A model generated the notes under the pieces. The model worked only from the letters and a program-made list of their open reading frames with translations. It was not told the origin of the DNA and made no database searches. A stretch of DNA of 64,000 nt from Ophelia neglecta (lineage: Eukaryota), in contig OZ260662.1 of the NCBI GenBank assembly GCA_965285935.1, positions 69,564,001-69,628,000 of the forward strand. The letters are read 5' to 3'. Shown here piece by piece: positions 28,401-42,599 of this stretch (its first letter is position 1; each line of letters begins with the position of its first letter). A program made the position numbers and the translations under genes.

Positions 28401-29565
28401 TCAAAACAAATTACCGTAGTTAAAAGAGATCCACCCTAGGTGGAGGCTTGGCAGGGGCATCGTTCGGGGGCTCGAACCATTTGGCTACCGGGATGGCGCT
28501 GATGGATGCCACCATGCAGCTTGATCAGGAAATTGATTCATTGATGTGTGCGGTGCTGCGGCTGCTGGTTCCTGAAGATTTCACACTGATTTAATGGACA
28601 GTTGTTGATCAATGATTTGGTTTCATCTGCCGGGTAACCATTCCCGTTTATCGCATTGCAAAGTAGAAAAATCCGATGTCAGTAGTTCGGTCGACCCTAA
28701 AAAATGGGATCAAACGTGCATCACCTAGACCAATTGCCTACAGCATCGTTTTTCTACGGATGGAGGTTTTCTGAAGCCAAAAACTGCAGTGAAATCAGGT
28801 TTCTTAAGTTTTATGGCGGTATAGGTCTAGAAGAAAAAACCCTTCAGACGGAGCTAATAATTTATAAACGAATTCGCTCTTATATCTAAATCTATTTTGT
28901 TTGAAAGCATGCAGTTTGGTAGTAAACCATCTGTCGGAATGGTGTTCAAGGGCGCAATAGTGCCGAAAGAAACCTCTTTTTTCAAATATCACTTTCAACA
29001 AGTCTGCAAATGAATTGAGAACTGAAGCTTAGCTGCTGGCAAATAAATCTGGAGAGAGAGAAGCGAAGCCGGGAGGTAATCACTTCCATGTGATCACTCA
29101 CAGTGTGTTTATCAAGAAGAGGAAAGTGGGCCGGCAGGATAAATTATCTTCCATATTCTCCGAGGGGCGGTCTCTCAGTCGAATTTTATGTATTCCAAAT
29201 AACACTAATCAATGGAGTTTGATTGCTTTATTTTGTTTAGACCTTCATCGTGAAATTTCTATTTTAAATTCTATTGTAGTTTCCTGCTGGTCCTTTCTCG
29301 TTTGAGGCTTTGGTTGTACCCATGAAGAAGGCAGTAGGACCGCAAGCTTTGGCATGCATTGTGAACTTTTTACGTCTATGTGTTTCATTATACGGCATAG
29401 AAAATAACATTTTGGAAAATGTCTTCACCATTTTTTAAATTTTCTATTTCGCCTACTAGCTTTTCTGCAATTGTGAATGATGGCTTTATGTCACGCAAAA
29501 TGCATTCTCGTACATGAAAGAATCGATTTGCGCTAGAAAATTATTATGATATAATTAATTAAAAA

Positions 29566-29590
29566 TCTTACGTCAGTACCTGACGTAAGA
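29566..29590. promoter_or_regulatory. Perfect inverted repeat made of two CRE-like bZIP sites (TTACGTCA / TGACGTAA)
   Basis: The sequence is TCTTACGTCAG-TAC-CTGACGTAAGA, with 11-bp perfect arms. The palindrome is directly visible; a regulatory role is inference. Confidence 0.35.
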
Positions 29591-32500
29591 AACCCAGAAC
29601 AGGGCACATTTTCCTTTCATTTCTCACGAAGATGTTGGCCAGGCCGATACATCCTGATTAATATATCATAGGCTTTTCTTTGCCTGGGAAGATACCGAAG
29701 CGTCAAAACCAATCACATGTAGGGCATCTCCTGTACGCTAGGGCACAAAGCGTTCCACTAAAAATAAGTATTTGTCTCTGCAGCCAATTATTTGTGAAGA
29801 TCCACAGAATCCTGGCATAAATCATCCTTGAAAACTTGCCCTGGGCAATGCAGGCTTAACTCTCGGCTTAAAGTGCCGAGTGAAGACTCATTGTATAAGT
29901 AAGACATATATCTTTTCAGCCTACTCATAATAATAATGAATAATAGCTGAATGAACTTCGTTCTGAAAAGTGATCTGGTTTTAAGGTCAAGGTTACGAAG
30001 ATGAGCAAAAGAGCAGCTACACAGAATCCTCTCATTGGATCCAGCCAACGCCATGTTGCTGCCGATAAAATACCCAAAGTTCCACAGCTAAGAGTTATGT
30101 ATATAAAAACACCAATTATAGCTGAATAAGAAGAAAAAGGTGAGCCCGCCACACCTTCACAGCTGTCTTTAATATTTCTCCTGACTTCTATTCGGAAAAT
30201 TAAACACATAGATACGTGGTTCTGATATAAGAAATACAAAAAAAAAAAAAAAAATCCAAAAAGCCTACAAGTGATTGCGGCGGATGCTACATTCACGTCG
30301 CTATTATATCTACATTATTAAACACGGATGAGCATGATGAGAACAGATATATGGGCTATATAGCATCCCGTTTAAACTTATATCATCGGTGCACTGTGAC
30401 ATCTGTAGACCGTCTCCTGCCATAGTTTGATTAATCAATTCAACAGCCCCAGACAGGCTATAGAGGTAGTTATTATGATGTGGGGGAAAGCGGATATGTT
30501 CTTTTTCTTTATCGTGCCAGTGTGCTGTGAACACCAATCCATCATATTGAGCTATTTTTACCCAGATTTCTGATTGTAAAAATCTGCCACCATAAATGTC
30601 GCCTACAAAACAGCTCAGTGCAGTACGCCAGTAACTCAGGAATACAGTAATTTGTTAATCAACCAAATGGAACTTTTGCTTGCCAAGAAGGAAACACCCC
30701 GTATTCACCAAAATAAATAAAATGCATAATGTTAAACAGCGCCATATATAATGGCGATTTGATGAACTATAGCCTATTGATTTAGTAAGCAAGCAATCGG
30801 ATTCAAACCACAATCTATAATCGAATCGTGTTAAAAATTACGAAACTAGTCTTTTGTGGATCTATCGCACGGAATGGGTTATTACTGCAGTGACAGTGAC
30901 ATTCGTCAAGACGAAAATTTACGGCACGAAACATATCAATTCGGCAGAGTTTGTGATTTTGTTTACTCTATATCGTGAGTTATTGTAAATGATGGTTGGC
31001 AAAATGGTTGAAGGCTTCGACTGTGGCTCAGTGGCAGGCACGGAGAGACCTGGCTCCTCCAATACCAGATGCCAACAGTCAGCAATCATGTGAGACTAAG
31101 ATTGATCTTGTCCCCTGTTAACAGCCGACAGGTAACAAATGACAGATGCTTGGAGTTTCAAAGTAGTATACCACTGTTTTTTAATCAGCATTGTTATCAA
31201 ATAATACAGTTATGCATGAATGGCTAATTGTAAGGCACTCACATTAAACGATTGAAGACTTTAGACATAAGAGCACATTTCAATATGTTTGGGTTGAGTG
31301 GTTAGTCTATTGACCCCGATCCTTCTTGATGTATATTTCCTTTGCAATTTAAAGAATCTTGATAATTTCTTTCTCCCATATTTTCACTACATTATTGTTA
31401 TTTGGCTTTTAATCTATAAGGTTAAATGCATTCCAGGGCTTCATTTGTTCAGCCACAATATAAAACGTGGCACGGCCACCACAACCACTTTTCTTCCGGC
31501 CAAACGACAGCTAAATAAAAGATTTATTCTTCTCTGACTAAAATCACGTGCGATAAGCTGGCCCACACGTGCTAAACTGAACGTTGGCCATTCGACAGGG
31601 GCAAAGGTATAGGTGTATACATCAATTAAATGTCATGGATTGTTCACTTTGGTTGTATTTCTTCGGTATATTAAATCAATGTTCTGTCCATGGTAATTAC
31701 GGAGGTGAATAAGGCTATAATCTATAACCCATGCCAGAGTTTTCGTTCATCCCCAAATTTTCTCAAACATGTCAAATATGTATTGTAATGACATATTGAT
31801 GTTTTGATTTCTCATAGTAAAACTTTAATAGCTTTATGTACATAACCTTATTCAATATAATATATCATAATATTCTCCCTCTACATAGGCCTAATCAATT
31901 AATAACATCGTATTCGGATGTTGGCAACAAACATACAGTAGCCAACTATCGCGGGAAACTACGTGCCACTTTCGTCTTCATTGGAATGACAGCAATTTTC
32001 AGCCATCAGTTTACAAATTATTCTCCAGTTTATATTCAATTTTACTCAGTCGTTCAAACATTTCCTTTGCTTTTAATCCGCATGTGTCCTTGTTCATACA
32101 TGTATATTTTCTCATGCATGTAGTCTCCTATTAGTCTCATATTCGCCTATTTCAATAAGAGTAATCATGTCTTGTAAGTTTGTAACCGGACTTGCAATAT
32201 CAAAGCCAAGTGGACAGCCAAATTGGAAATCTGTGTCAAGCTTAGATCGACATTGATCACGAGGTCTTATCGAGGTTGAGGTAATTGGATAAACATTTCC
32301 TGGCTGAGACCCTGATGACTTCGCTAATCAAATGTACTTCTAAGAAGCGGTGAAGAGTATCAAATGCATGTGTTTTGGCCGTCGTCCGAGATGTCTCAAA
32401 AGTGGGGAAATCCCAAAGTAAGAAAGACGGTGCCACTGCCACTACTCATGTACCAGTTAACTGGCTGCAAGTTGATGGGCACTTAAGGGACTACAGCTAT

Positions 32501-34219
32501 CAAGTAAATAAAAAAAAACCTGACACTCAAGTACACCACAGAGAAGAAAACACGGAGCAAAATCCGTAAAATATATGCAATCATTTCAAAACGCTATAAA
32601 ATGTTTTCGAGGGTATCGTTAAATTTCCCATATATAATGTAAGGAAGAATTAAGATCTGAAAAGTAAAAAACTCGCCCCGGCTTAAAAGGAATTGAAAAC
32701 CTTACACGGCACACCAAACCAATGCAAAGCAATCTACATGGCATATTATTGTAATGCAATCTTCCCAGATTTCCAATCATCATGATATACATATTAATCA
32801 GTGATTACCAGACTACAATAGTAGTCTGAACATAGTCCTATCGATTATTTAACTAATAAAGATGGAAAAAAAGCATTAATCTAGATACGGGAACAAAATT
32901 GTGGAATCCATTTTATACCGTTAGTGTCCTTTTGGTCTTTTCCGGTTCATTTTCCCTGCTAGTTAGTTACCCTGGACCTCACCCCACTTCGAGGCCGCTA
33001 ACGATTGACGTCTGCCGTTTGCCCTGTCGTCAAACCGGCGGTGAGGCTAATTGTACCGGACCAGTCTTAGAGTTGGTCTTCAAAGGACCCCCAAGACGCC
33101 ACCGTCGACACTTTTCAATTGAGTAGCGACTCTCTCTCCGGGTGGCAGCCGACCTCGCTCAAGATAACGTTCTACAGTCTGGCAGGGTTAGCTTGTTCGT
33201 GAGGAAGGTCAAAGCAGACAGACAGCTGTCTTGGCTAAAGACAAATCCTAGGTGACAGTAAACATATTAGGGGCATAATGGTAAACTTGACTATTATTGG
33301 CCACCAGACAAATGTAGTATGTTAAGGAGTCCTATGTAAGTCAGTGCATAGTCTTTAGCGCATTGGCTGTCGGGTAGCATTAATAATAACGTCCTCATTC
33401 CCTAACAAAGAATGAAGATGGTGATGGATGGATTGAATAACACCGACAGGAAGTAATGATCAAACTGAAAGACATATGCTGATATTTAAGAAGTTTTCCT
33501 TTTCGTATAGGTCTAATCCTTCTATCATGTGCACATGCTTACGTCTGGTGAACGTCTCCAATAAAAGGCCAACTGACACAACAGCATTGCCTAAAGACAA
33601 CTGCTGTGAGAAGCATCAGTAAACACATGTCTATTTCTGGCAGACGAGAACTACAACAAATAAGATAGGTGTGAATGAGGATTCTGGGGTATGGGTAGCA
33701 GTATATAGATGTAACCCCGATCGTACCTGGCCAGGCATGACAGCAAGAACATGTTGTTTTAACCTGAAGAACTATGTCTTGTGCTTGATCCTTCCTTAGT
33801 CCATAGCACATGTTTTGCAGGAAACCATGCAGCGAGACATGGTATAAGAATAACACCAACCAAGGTCACAGCCTCAAACTTCGGCCCAAGCTGAGGCTTT
33901 CATAGCCCTGCCTGCAGAAGTTCGTAATTTGTCTTAGCCTGGGACTTTTTAGGCCTAGGTGCTAGGTCCTAAAAGTGTAATAATAAGTAGAGTTTTCTTC
34001 TTATGTTCATGAAAACATTCTTAATTGCAAAATAACTCTCGGGGTTGGATTGCCAGAAAAGCTTATCGGGGTCTTCAATCCACCAGAGTACGTCGGAGCA
34101 ATAAGCAACGCGCAATTAAATGTTAATTACAACTGTGGTGGGCGATGAAAACAAACTATCTGGAGATAGGCCGAAGTGTTATTTGAAATTATGTTACTCA
34201 TGCCTTCTCAATTATGATA

Positions 34220-34330
34220 GCTTCGCAAGTTTTGCCAATAAGACCGACTTGGAAGCAAATAAGGGATAATAATAAGTCGGGATTGACGAATAATTGTGGG
34301 CCAGTTAATCTTCTGTCCATAGTCAGCAGA
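34220..34330 (+). mobile_element. Short LINE (CR1/L2-like) RT N-terminal relic
   Basis: PTWKQ...NNCGPVNLLSIVSR resembles PxxWKxA...NNYRPVSLLSIVSK. Confidence 0.4.
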
Positions 34331-37300
34331 GGAATTAACATAAAGAAAACCTGTAGGAAATGTCGTAGCTCTGGCACTGATCTCGGAATTAAGACCAGAT
34401 CTAAAACCGACTGAAGAAGACAGAGTAAAGGTCTGAACTTAGGTCATGACAACACTCATTATTTCCCAAAGGTAATCTATCTCTCCCCGACAGAAGGTGT
34501 GAGGGGTTGCAGTTTCTTTGGGGATAAATGACGAGATACCTTCACCTTTGTACCACAACTGTTCTTTCTTTTCTTCTTTGAATCAGGTTATCTCAATTTA
34601 CTAGCAAAAAAAAAGGAAAAATACCAATGTTTCTAACAGGGGCGAATTCCTATATCAAAAGAATATAGACTTGATTATTGCCTATAAATGATTTAGATTA
34701 CGTTAACTGTTTATCTTATAAAGCAGACGATGTTTCTCATTCCTCTACTCTGTATCTCGTATTCGGGATGCTTCTAAAGAAACTTTTCTGAATGAAAAAA
34801 AGCAAGAATTACAATCGACAGCAAAAAAAACACGAAGGAAGAGTAACGGTCAATAATCATCAGCACATAGTACGAACAAAAGACTAACAGATTGCAAAAA
34901 ATTTCTGATAAGTGTTTTTCAAAACTACAAGCCTCGTTTCTCATGTTATCAAATAAATATTGTTGGTTTTCCTACCAGTGTGGCATTCGCCCTGCTCCTA
35001 GACAGTAACAAGCAAAAACTTTTCCTTCGCGTACGAAAACACTAATAATATCGCTCCTTGTGTGCTTGTGCGCCAGTAAATCATATCTTTCCCTTGTCTA
35101 TTAATGGCATGTAACATTAGGCTAAAAATCAACGCTATTTACTCATAATATTGACATTGGATAGTTTTCAACTCTTGACATTTTTATAGATGGCATGTAT
35201 GTATACGCTTTTAGTTTGAGAAACTGACTCTCTGACAAAACTGGATCGATGTGGCACTTATCGAAGAAATTTTTTTTTTCTATTTTCTTTGCCATGGTTC
35301 TTTATAAACCTATAAACCTGCAAATTGATGATGAGCGCAAGACCATTTTTTCTTATTTCGGGATTGTAGTTCCCATTAGATCTTATAAGTCAAAGTAAAT
35401 AAATTTGATCTCCTTATTTACATGAGCACATCCCTCAAAGCATACAGTAGCCAGACAAACTAGCAGCATATAGGCAGGCACTAGAGCCAGACGATCTGAC
35501 AATGAATCAGAAAACAACAAAACATTGTCGCTCAGATGAAATGAGAGAAGGCCACGGAGCAATAATTGTCAGGTGATAACTTTCATGGTGGGTTCCAAGA
35601 AGCCTGATCTAGGCGAAAATGGCTGAAACTGAATGCACCGGAGATGTGTGATCGTCTGCTGTCTGACTCCAAACCACCATGCAGACGACCTCAGGGTACT
35701 CAAAGGGTAAAAAAAGTCAGTTCATACGCTTCTGCTTAAACATAATTTCTTTGTTATTAAATTATCCTCGAGAGGAGATGAGGGGGATGCCGATTCTAGA
35801 ATGAATAACGAGATGCATAATAATCAGTAGGACCAAAAAGTTGTATGATAGATTATACCTTTATATAACCCGACAAAGTGCACTATCAGTCAGACGACCT
35901 CTGTGCAAATTTTCAGCAAATGTTTGGGATCCTTTACGATCTCAGGTGTCAAAGTAAGGCCATGCATTTTAAGTTGTGCTACCGATGGTGAATTACAACT
36001 ACAGGCCTGTGGGAGCCTTTTTTATTTGATGAGAGTAGTTTTCTGGTTCTTTTAATGTATAATTAAGGCATGACAAGTCTACCAGCATTGTCGTCACCAC
36101 GAGACAAGGAAGGCGCCCAGTCGTTCACTTCCTTTACTACCAGATAAAAAAAATGTGAGATAAGTACAACACGTCAAACGACAATCATTCATACTTCTCG
36201 CTCGCGCCTTATTCTCTTTCGTTGCAGGTTTTTCTTTGTTCGAGTTAAAGAAAAATACACATTACTTTGGTGTCAAATGCTGTCTTCTGGTTTTGGTGCA
36301 TATATGTATACATTTATAATAATAAATAACTACAGGAAATGTCTCCACGGTTGGTAGAATCTTGAGTTCGGGAACTTCTAAACGTGTTCTGTTAAACTGT
36401 CCAGTGCTGGTTTATATACGTGACAAGATAAACTCTTATATTTCCCAAAGACCGTGAGTTGAATTAGTCCAACTGGATTAACATTGATCTGTTCATATAA
36501 TAAGGAGTGTTTTTTTATTATACAGATATGCCTGCCTGATAATGCTCAGCAGTACCATAGATAACCACACCGATGTACCCCATCTTGCAGATCATCATCC
36601 TAATGTTTATTTTTTAAATACTGCCAACCTTAATTTATGTTCACATCCGTGCTTTTTTAACCTGAGCACACGTGCATCTCATTTCTGGCACATCCATCGC
36701 CGAGCGTTTATTTTCAATCCGTCAAAAATGGAGGCTTAGCCGACAAAAACATCCACGAATTACCGTCGACATGAAAGACGATAATGTTAATGTTTTAAGC
36801 AGGTCTTCCAAGAAAATTCGTTAGTATGTTTAACTTAATGTATCAGACCGTAGATGAATAGAAAAAAAATGTTATGAAAATTTACATCGTTCTTCTCAAC
36901 AACTGCCATGGAAAGAACATTAAGAATCATGAATTTTTTATCTGCTCCAAGAACCTTTTTATTGTGGCCGTAAAAATGCTTTCAACTGTCTTAGAGAAAC
37001 ATCTCAATAAGTCTAAAATGTACATTTTGTTGCACTTTAGAATAAAATAGTCATACAAGTAAAAAAAATACCAGATAAAAACTAAATAAATGAGGCCTAC
37101 CAATTTAAGAGAACGTTATTTTTATTTAACATCTGAATAGATATGACATTCACTCAGATGTGCCTTTTGCATTATTCCAGTCATGGATCTATTTGGCATG
37201 ACGGCACGCAATATGACATCACATAACATTACGTCACAAAATATCACATTACGTCACAAAATTTCATATACGTGATGTCACCGTGCTGAGGGTGTCTTTT

Positions 37301-38072
37301 TTGGGAATAGTTTTGTTTCAAAGCTGACGAATGAATATTCTAAAATTAAGTTTACTTGATGAAAAATAACAAATTTGTACTTTTTCGGTAAAATGAAGAT
37401 ATTTTCCTTCCAATTTTACCAAAATCTCAAAATAATTTTTCATTTACATCAACCTAAGACCATTCTTACAGGCTGTTACCGCTGTGGGAAATTTGAATTG
37501 CCGTCCTAAAACTTGTTTCGTACTGATGGGTCACATATACATGATAACTAATCACAGAAAGGCTCAGTGTAGCCTAGGTGTTCCCAAACATAAGCCAGAC
37601 ACATATTGCGATGGCATGTTATAATTTTTTGGTAACAAAAGTCACAGCAGGTTTAATGAATTTTGTACCAGTTCGAAGTGGCTGTCGGAACACCGGCAGC
37701 AGACGAAATCCGGATGGAGCCAAGAAGAGATATGGACTGCCAGTAACATGGCGTCGGCTGGGGTGAAATAAAAAGTTCAAACAAACGCAACCTAGTCCAG
37801 AACCATCAGAGATCACTAATTACATAGCAATCAAGATGGAACTATAGGTGATCCTATAGTAACAAGCATTTCAAAGAGCGGCGTCGGCAAGAATTCGGGG
37901 GCACAACAATTATCTGAACAAGAAAACCCCGGAACTTGCAATTATACTAGCTGAATAATACTAAACAGGGGAATGTCTAATGCTCGACCTTTTTATATGT
38001 CCGGAAGGTTCTGGTCAATGTTTACAGCAACGATAATCCAGCTCCACACTTAATTACTGTATATATCGTATA

Positions 38073-38233
38073 CAGTGGAACCCCTTACCAGAGACCACCA
38101 AATAAGCAGTCTTACAAGAGGGTTGGTCTTTCAACAGGAGTTAAAAATACCTGGCAGGTATATATAGCAAACCGTTTAGCAAAAAGGGCTATTTTGGCCA
38201 TTTTTCGGTGGTCTTTCATCAGGGATTCCACTG
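38073..38233. mobile_element. MITE family B (related Tc1/mariner/pogo-type, ~161 bp)
   Basis: Structure is TA|CAGTGGAACCCCT...AGGGATTCCACTG|TA (12/13 TIR match), with subterminal GAGACCACC / GGTGGTCT motifs like family A but a different interior. Confidence 0.8.
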
Positions 38234-41200
38234 TATACACCATGTTGATGATAGTAGTTTCAGATACTATAGACCTGTAGACTATAAGCCAAGTGACTGT
38301 TAATACCGGTTGTAGCATAGAAATGATAGCCCGGTATAACTGTGCTATACGGGTGTGCTCGTTATTTTCTTCATTAACCAATTATTGATCTAAGCTTCCT
38401 GTCAATTATTAATGTGATACATCAAGCGATATCCACCGTTTAGCTCATATATTCGGGTTATCTGAGGAACAAAAGTAGAGTTTGATAAGGACACATCGGT
38501 TGACTGAGAGCTACGACTGGGCAAGTATGGAGATCATGTTATGAGTTCATCTAGGCAGAATTTTCCTATGAACCGCTGTATCTCGGACACTGTTTGCCGT
38601 TGGCTGGTGAATCCACCAGGAAAGATTGCCAAACCTCGTTTGCCCGAAGCAGCCAGGCGCATTCAAATAGGCAAAATGATACTTCATCACCATAAACATT
38701 ATCTGCCAGATATGTGGCATCGTCTTGCCCGATCTTTGGCTCCTTAAATAAATGATTGGCAAAAATGTGAGGTAGTGGGTTTTCGAAGCATTTGTGACAT
38801 GCCACCTAGGATCAGTGCACAGACGATGCAACTCTCAGCTGCCATGTTACTCGATATCAGGAGAGATAATTTTGGTCGAGGTGACACAGTAAGTACATGA
38901 CACATAGTAGATGGCTAGATAGTAAAACCTCTAAACTACAGTCGGAGCAACTACATGAATCTGAAGAGGAAACGAGGCGTTATCGCCCAGACAATGAATA
39001 CCGGGAGTGGATACACGGCAAACAAACCAAAACATCTTGTTAACTTTTCACCAGGTTTTTTAAGATTCACCAGGAACATTTAAGCATTGAAGTCGACAGT
39101 AGGCCTATAGCCTTATGCTAATTTGCTATAGTAATTTCAAATGGCTTCGACCTTAAATATGCTCTAGTAAATCTGACAACGCTATTTCGTCGTACTTTGT
39201 GTTGTATTTTATATTCTGGGCAGACATTATGAGCATATCATGTACATGACATATTACACATGGTAGTCTGTTCCTTATTATCCCACTGGCTTCATTGACT
39301 GGTTGTTTACCACAGAGATTACTGGTGATAGGTAAAAAAACCTATTTTCTTTGATTATAGAAGCTACTTTAATAAGCGGCCTGTAACATCACAGCGAGTA
39401 GAGCCAAGGGCATTTGTCAAATAGTCCATAGCAACCTCTGAGTAAAAAAGCTTGACAGCAGACTAATTTAAGGGAAAACAGGTCGTATTTTCAGAATTTT
39501 TTGGGATATTTACAGCGAGGTCGAAAGTGGTTATGGGTAAACGTGTAAGTCATGAACAAAAATGACATTGGTATTTGACACAAATAGTTAGATTGTGATA
39601 AAACACGGTTGCTGTAGATGTGTTTTTATGCTCCCCGATTGGTAAAAACTGTAAATAGGACTATAGGAGTGTTTTATGGTAAGTTAAGACCTATCATATC
39701 ACATGCTCACTGGAGCTGGCTTAATGACAGCTGGTGTCACAATGATCGAGAAGAGTTCCTGGCTACGTCTAACATTCTTCCTTTACAACGAATGAACCGA
39801 CGAGGACGGGGGTGTGGTAACAGCCGTACATGCAAGTTATCCATTTCGAATAACATAAAGAGGTCTGTCTTGTTTTGGCGACGCCGTGATGCAAATTTCT
39901 GCTTAACTCCTCGACACATCGACACTCGCAGGGAGACACCAGGTGCCATCATCCATCACCTTGGATAAGCAGACGACATCGTTTATCAGTGTCATCCAGA
40001 TCCGAAGAAGACTCTCCAATGAATACATCTATACTGCATCCAGCTTTCACAGACACAGAAAGAAGCAAAAATCTTTAAAATACTTAAATTACGGTGAACT
40101 AGTTTCCTAAGTGACAGTTCAAAAAATCTGGTGTGAGGTGGAGGTGAGCTTTACTCTCAGTTTTCTGCACTCCTTTGCAAAACGCACCCTAAAATTCATT
40201 AGTCCTAATGGTTTTTAATGTTTCTATATATTGCCAATTGCGAATAACCTTAAAGTTTGGAGCAAAATATCAATATATATTTAATTCTTTCAGTATTCTC
40301 TTTTGTTGATGATGCCGACCATATGTTGTTTTGTGATGCATTCATAAATGATTTTTTTGGTTTTCTCATTATTTGAAACAAAGTGTCCGAATTAATCCAT
40401 TGTCAAAGTGAAGCATTTTGTCACTATCCAAGGACTGCAGTATACAGACTTTCAGGTGTCTGCCCCTGTCTATTAATTCCTTTCTCTCTTCTGACGTTTA
40501 TTTCTCTCTGTTGTCCTGACGGTTTCCTGCCCCCCCCCCCCCCCCCCCCTTGAATATAAAATGACCCACCCAGGAAGTATATGGTACATACGTCCAAAAG
40601 AGCCCGTTCTATAAACTCAAATAGTATTAGAAATAACGAACAAAGTTATAAGCCTATAAGAAGGGACAATATATGGGCCTAATGCATAGATTGCGTAGAT
40701 TTCGTTGGCATCTTTTTTGTAAAGGCAGTTAAAAGGGAGTATTCGTAAAGGACTCATAATACGCAGTGGAGTGGAGAACAACTAAATTTGGGTGTTTAGT
40801 CAGGGCAGAAGATAATTTTATCAGAGAATTCTGTATATCTCTGACAGGAAGGATGATTTCGGAAAGCAGGTTCCACGTCTCTCATGACTACTTCAAGATT
40901 TTATCAGGGACAATCTAATGGACTGTGTAATTCATCAGTCGGCGGTGATTAATTGTGTATCGACTGGGTGTAGTCCAGGCCTTGGCCATGTCTTGGAGCT
41001 AACAGCAGACAGCCTGAGCCCACTCAATCTCACATATATATATACATGTACGTCAATATAACTGACAGCAAAGATTGACAGCCGAGGGTGAACACTGGTA
41101 AACTTTTCAAAATTTAGATTAAGAAATTGATAAAATGTGCCATCTGAATACACCATGCCGAAACTGACCCTGTGAATAACCCGAATTAAAAATGTAATAA

Positions 41201-41399
41201 ATATATATGTAACAAGAGCGTGATCGTAGCGTGATGGTGATGTATACTCTGTATATCAACATTTTCTCATTATTTCATCCTGCAGCTTGCACTACCTTTC
41301 CTCTTGTTCATTTCATCACACGCGTCTGCCATGCATCACTTCCCTGGTTCGGTACCGGTGTAAAAGTAATTGGAGTCTCATGATTGGGAAGTCCCCCGA

Positions 41400-41540
41400 G
41401 ACAAGTCTTACTAACTCTAACAGCATTCTGGGAGTCCCTTAGTCTTGAAACTGTAGTATTATAGTCAACCGGCCAGTCTTGAAATCTTGTTTATTACCCC
41501 CCCCCCCACACACACACACCCAAATACTGGTATATTACAT
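41400..41540 (+). repeat. Dispersed repeat family C, truncated/decayed copy with an internal C11-(AC)n tract
   Basis: gggagtccc..gtcttgaaac.tagtatt..agtc..gtcttgaaatcttg.ttatta..caaatactggtatatt matches the copy at 51450-51575. Confidence 0.6.
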
Positions 41541-42089
41541 TCAATGGACGATATGCCGAATACACCGGTACGGTCCTGATCTCATTCCCTGTATTGATCT
41601 GAAGTTCTTTCAGCAATGCGGCTGTCCTATAGGGTGCAAATAAACCAAATAGACATGAAAGTGCCATTCCCAGGCCCAGAAACAGACATCTGATTATCCT
41701 GATTGGTCAATTAGTGGCACAACTAAACCCAGATAATCTCATTTTATGAAGACCGAAAGCAGACGATAAACAGGATGGAAAAATAATAAGATATATACCG
41801 TCAAGGGGTGTTGATATTAAAAGAAACCTCCAGAAAAATGACAAAAACCAAAGACAATAGAGCGGCAGTTTATTAGTGGTCCACTGAAGTTTTTGCTTCT
41901 ATTTGTTTTCTTATTTCTATAATTTTTCATCACATCAATGATTGTAACTATTATTTCCTTATTGATTATCCTGTTTTTCCAATATAACTTACTACCAGAT
42001 TTACCTATTATACCCAAAAGCAAAAATGGTATGTACCGTAGTGTAGTATAGAGAGGCACCGGTAATCATTTGCATGTAAAATGATATTC

Positions 42090-42450
42090 AGTAATCTACA
42101 CATGATGGGTATAATTAAAAGAAATACGTGGTACATGTCACTATTATATAGAAGAATACTATCAGGTATTGTTGAAAACAGAAACAACAACAATCAAAAG
42201 TTAAGAACAAAGCCATATATTCAAGGTCACGTGATGGTGAGTAGTCTATTTGATTCTAGAATGAGGCGGCGTTCGACAACACAGTTCTTGGAAACTATAC
42301 CACGTTTAAATGCAAATCCAGAAAACCCCTCCTTTAGAGACCCGAGTTGGATCGTTTGGTATGTTAACTACCATGACTCCCCCAGTACATGATACTAGAG
42401 GAAGATTACCAACTCATCGCCCCTGGGTCAAACACAGAAACAGATGGAGG
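42090..42450 (+). mobile_element. Possible CR1-like ORF2 C-terminal relic
   Basis: MMGIIKRN....LLYRRIL...E...RMRRRSTT resembles MLGIIKRxF...LYKxLVRPxLE...RVQRRATK. Confidence 0.3.
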
Positions 42451-42599
42451 TGGCCACCACTATCAGATCCAGAGTCCATCCATCGGTCAACATCCTTGTC
42501 GGACTAAGATGGATCTTGTAGACAAGGCAAATCAACTTGAGTCGAGGAGTCAATTACAACCACTGGACAGAGGAGATCAAAACACTGTATAGTCAAATG

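Noticed and set aside
28466-28500. tRNA or tRNA-derived SINE head (minus strand GGTAGCCAAATGGTTCGAGCCC)
   Set aside because: The A- and B-box-like words overlap with no spacing, and there is no cloverleaf.
33590-33950. LINE ORF2 C-terminal relic (ELQQI...MRILG, LPAEVRN)
   Set aside because: It is suggestive but too degenerate to support without a search.
41260-41300. Candidate cyclase exon 2 (minus-strand KLQDE..NEK-like words)
   Set aside because: It needs a frameshift and lacks the FLDTRNC motif and suitable splice sites.
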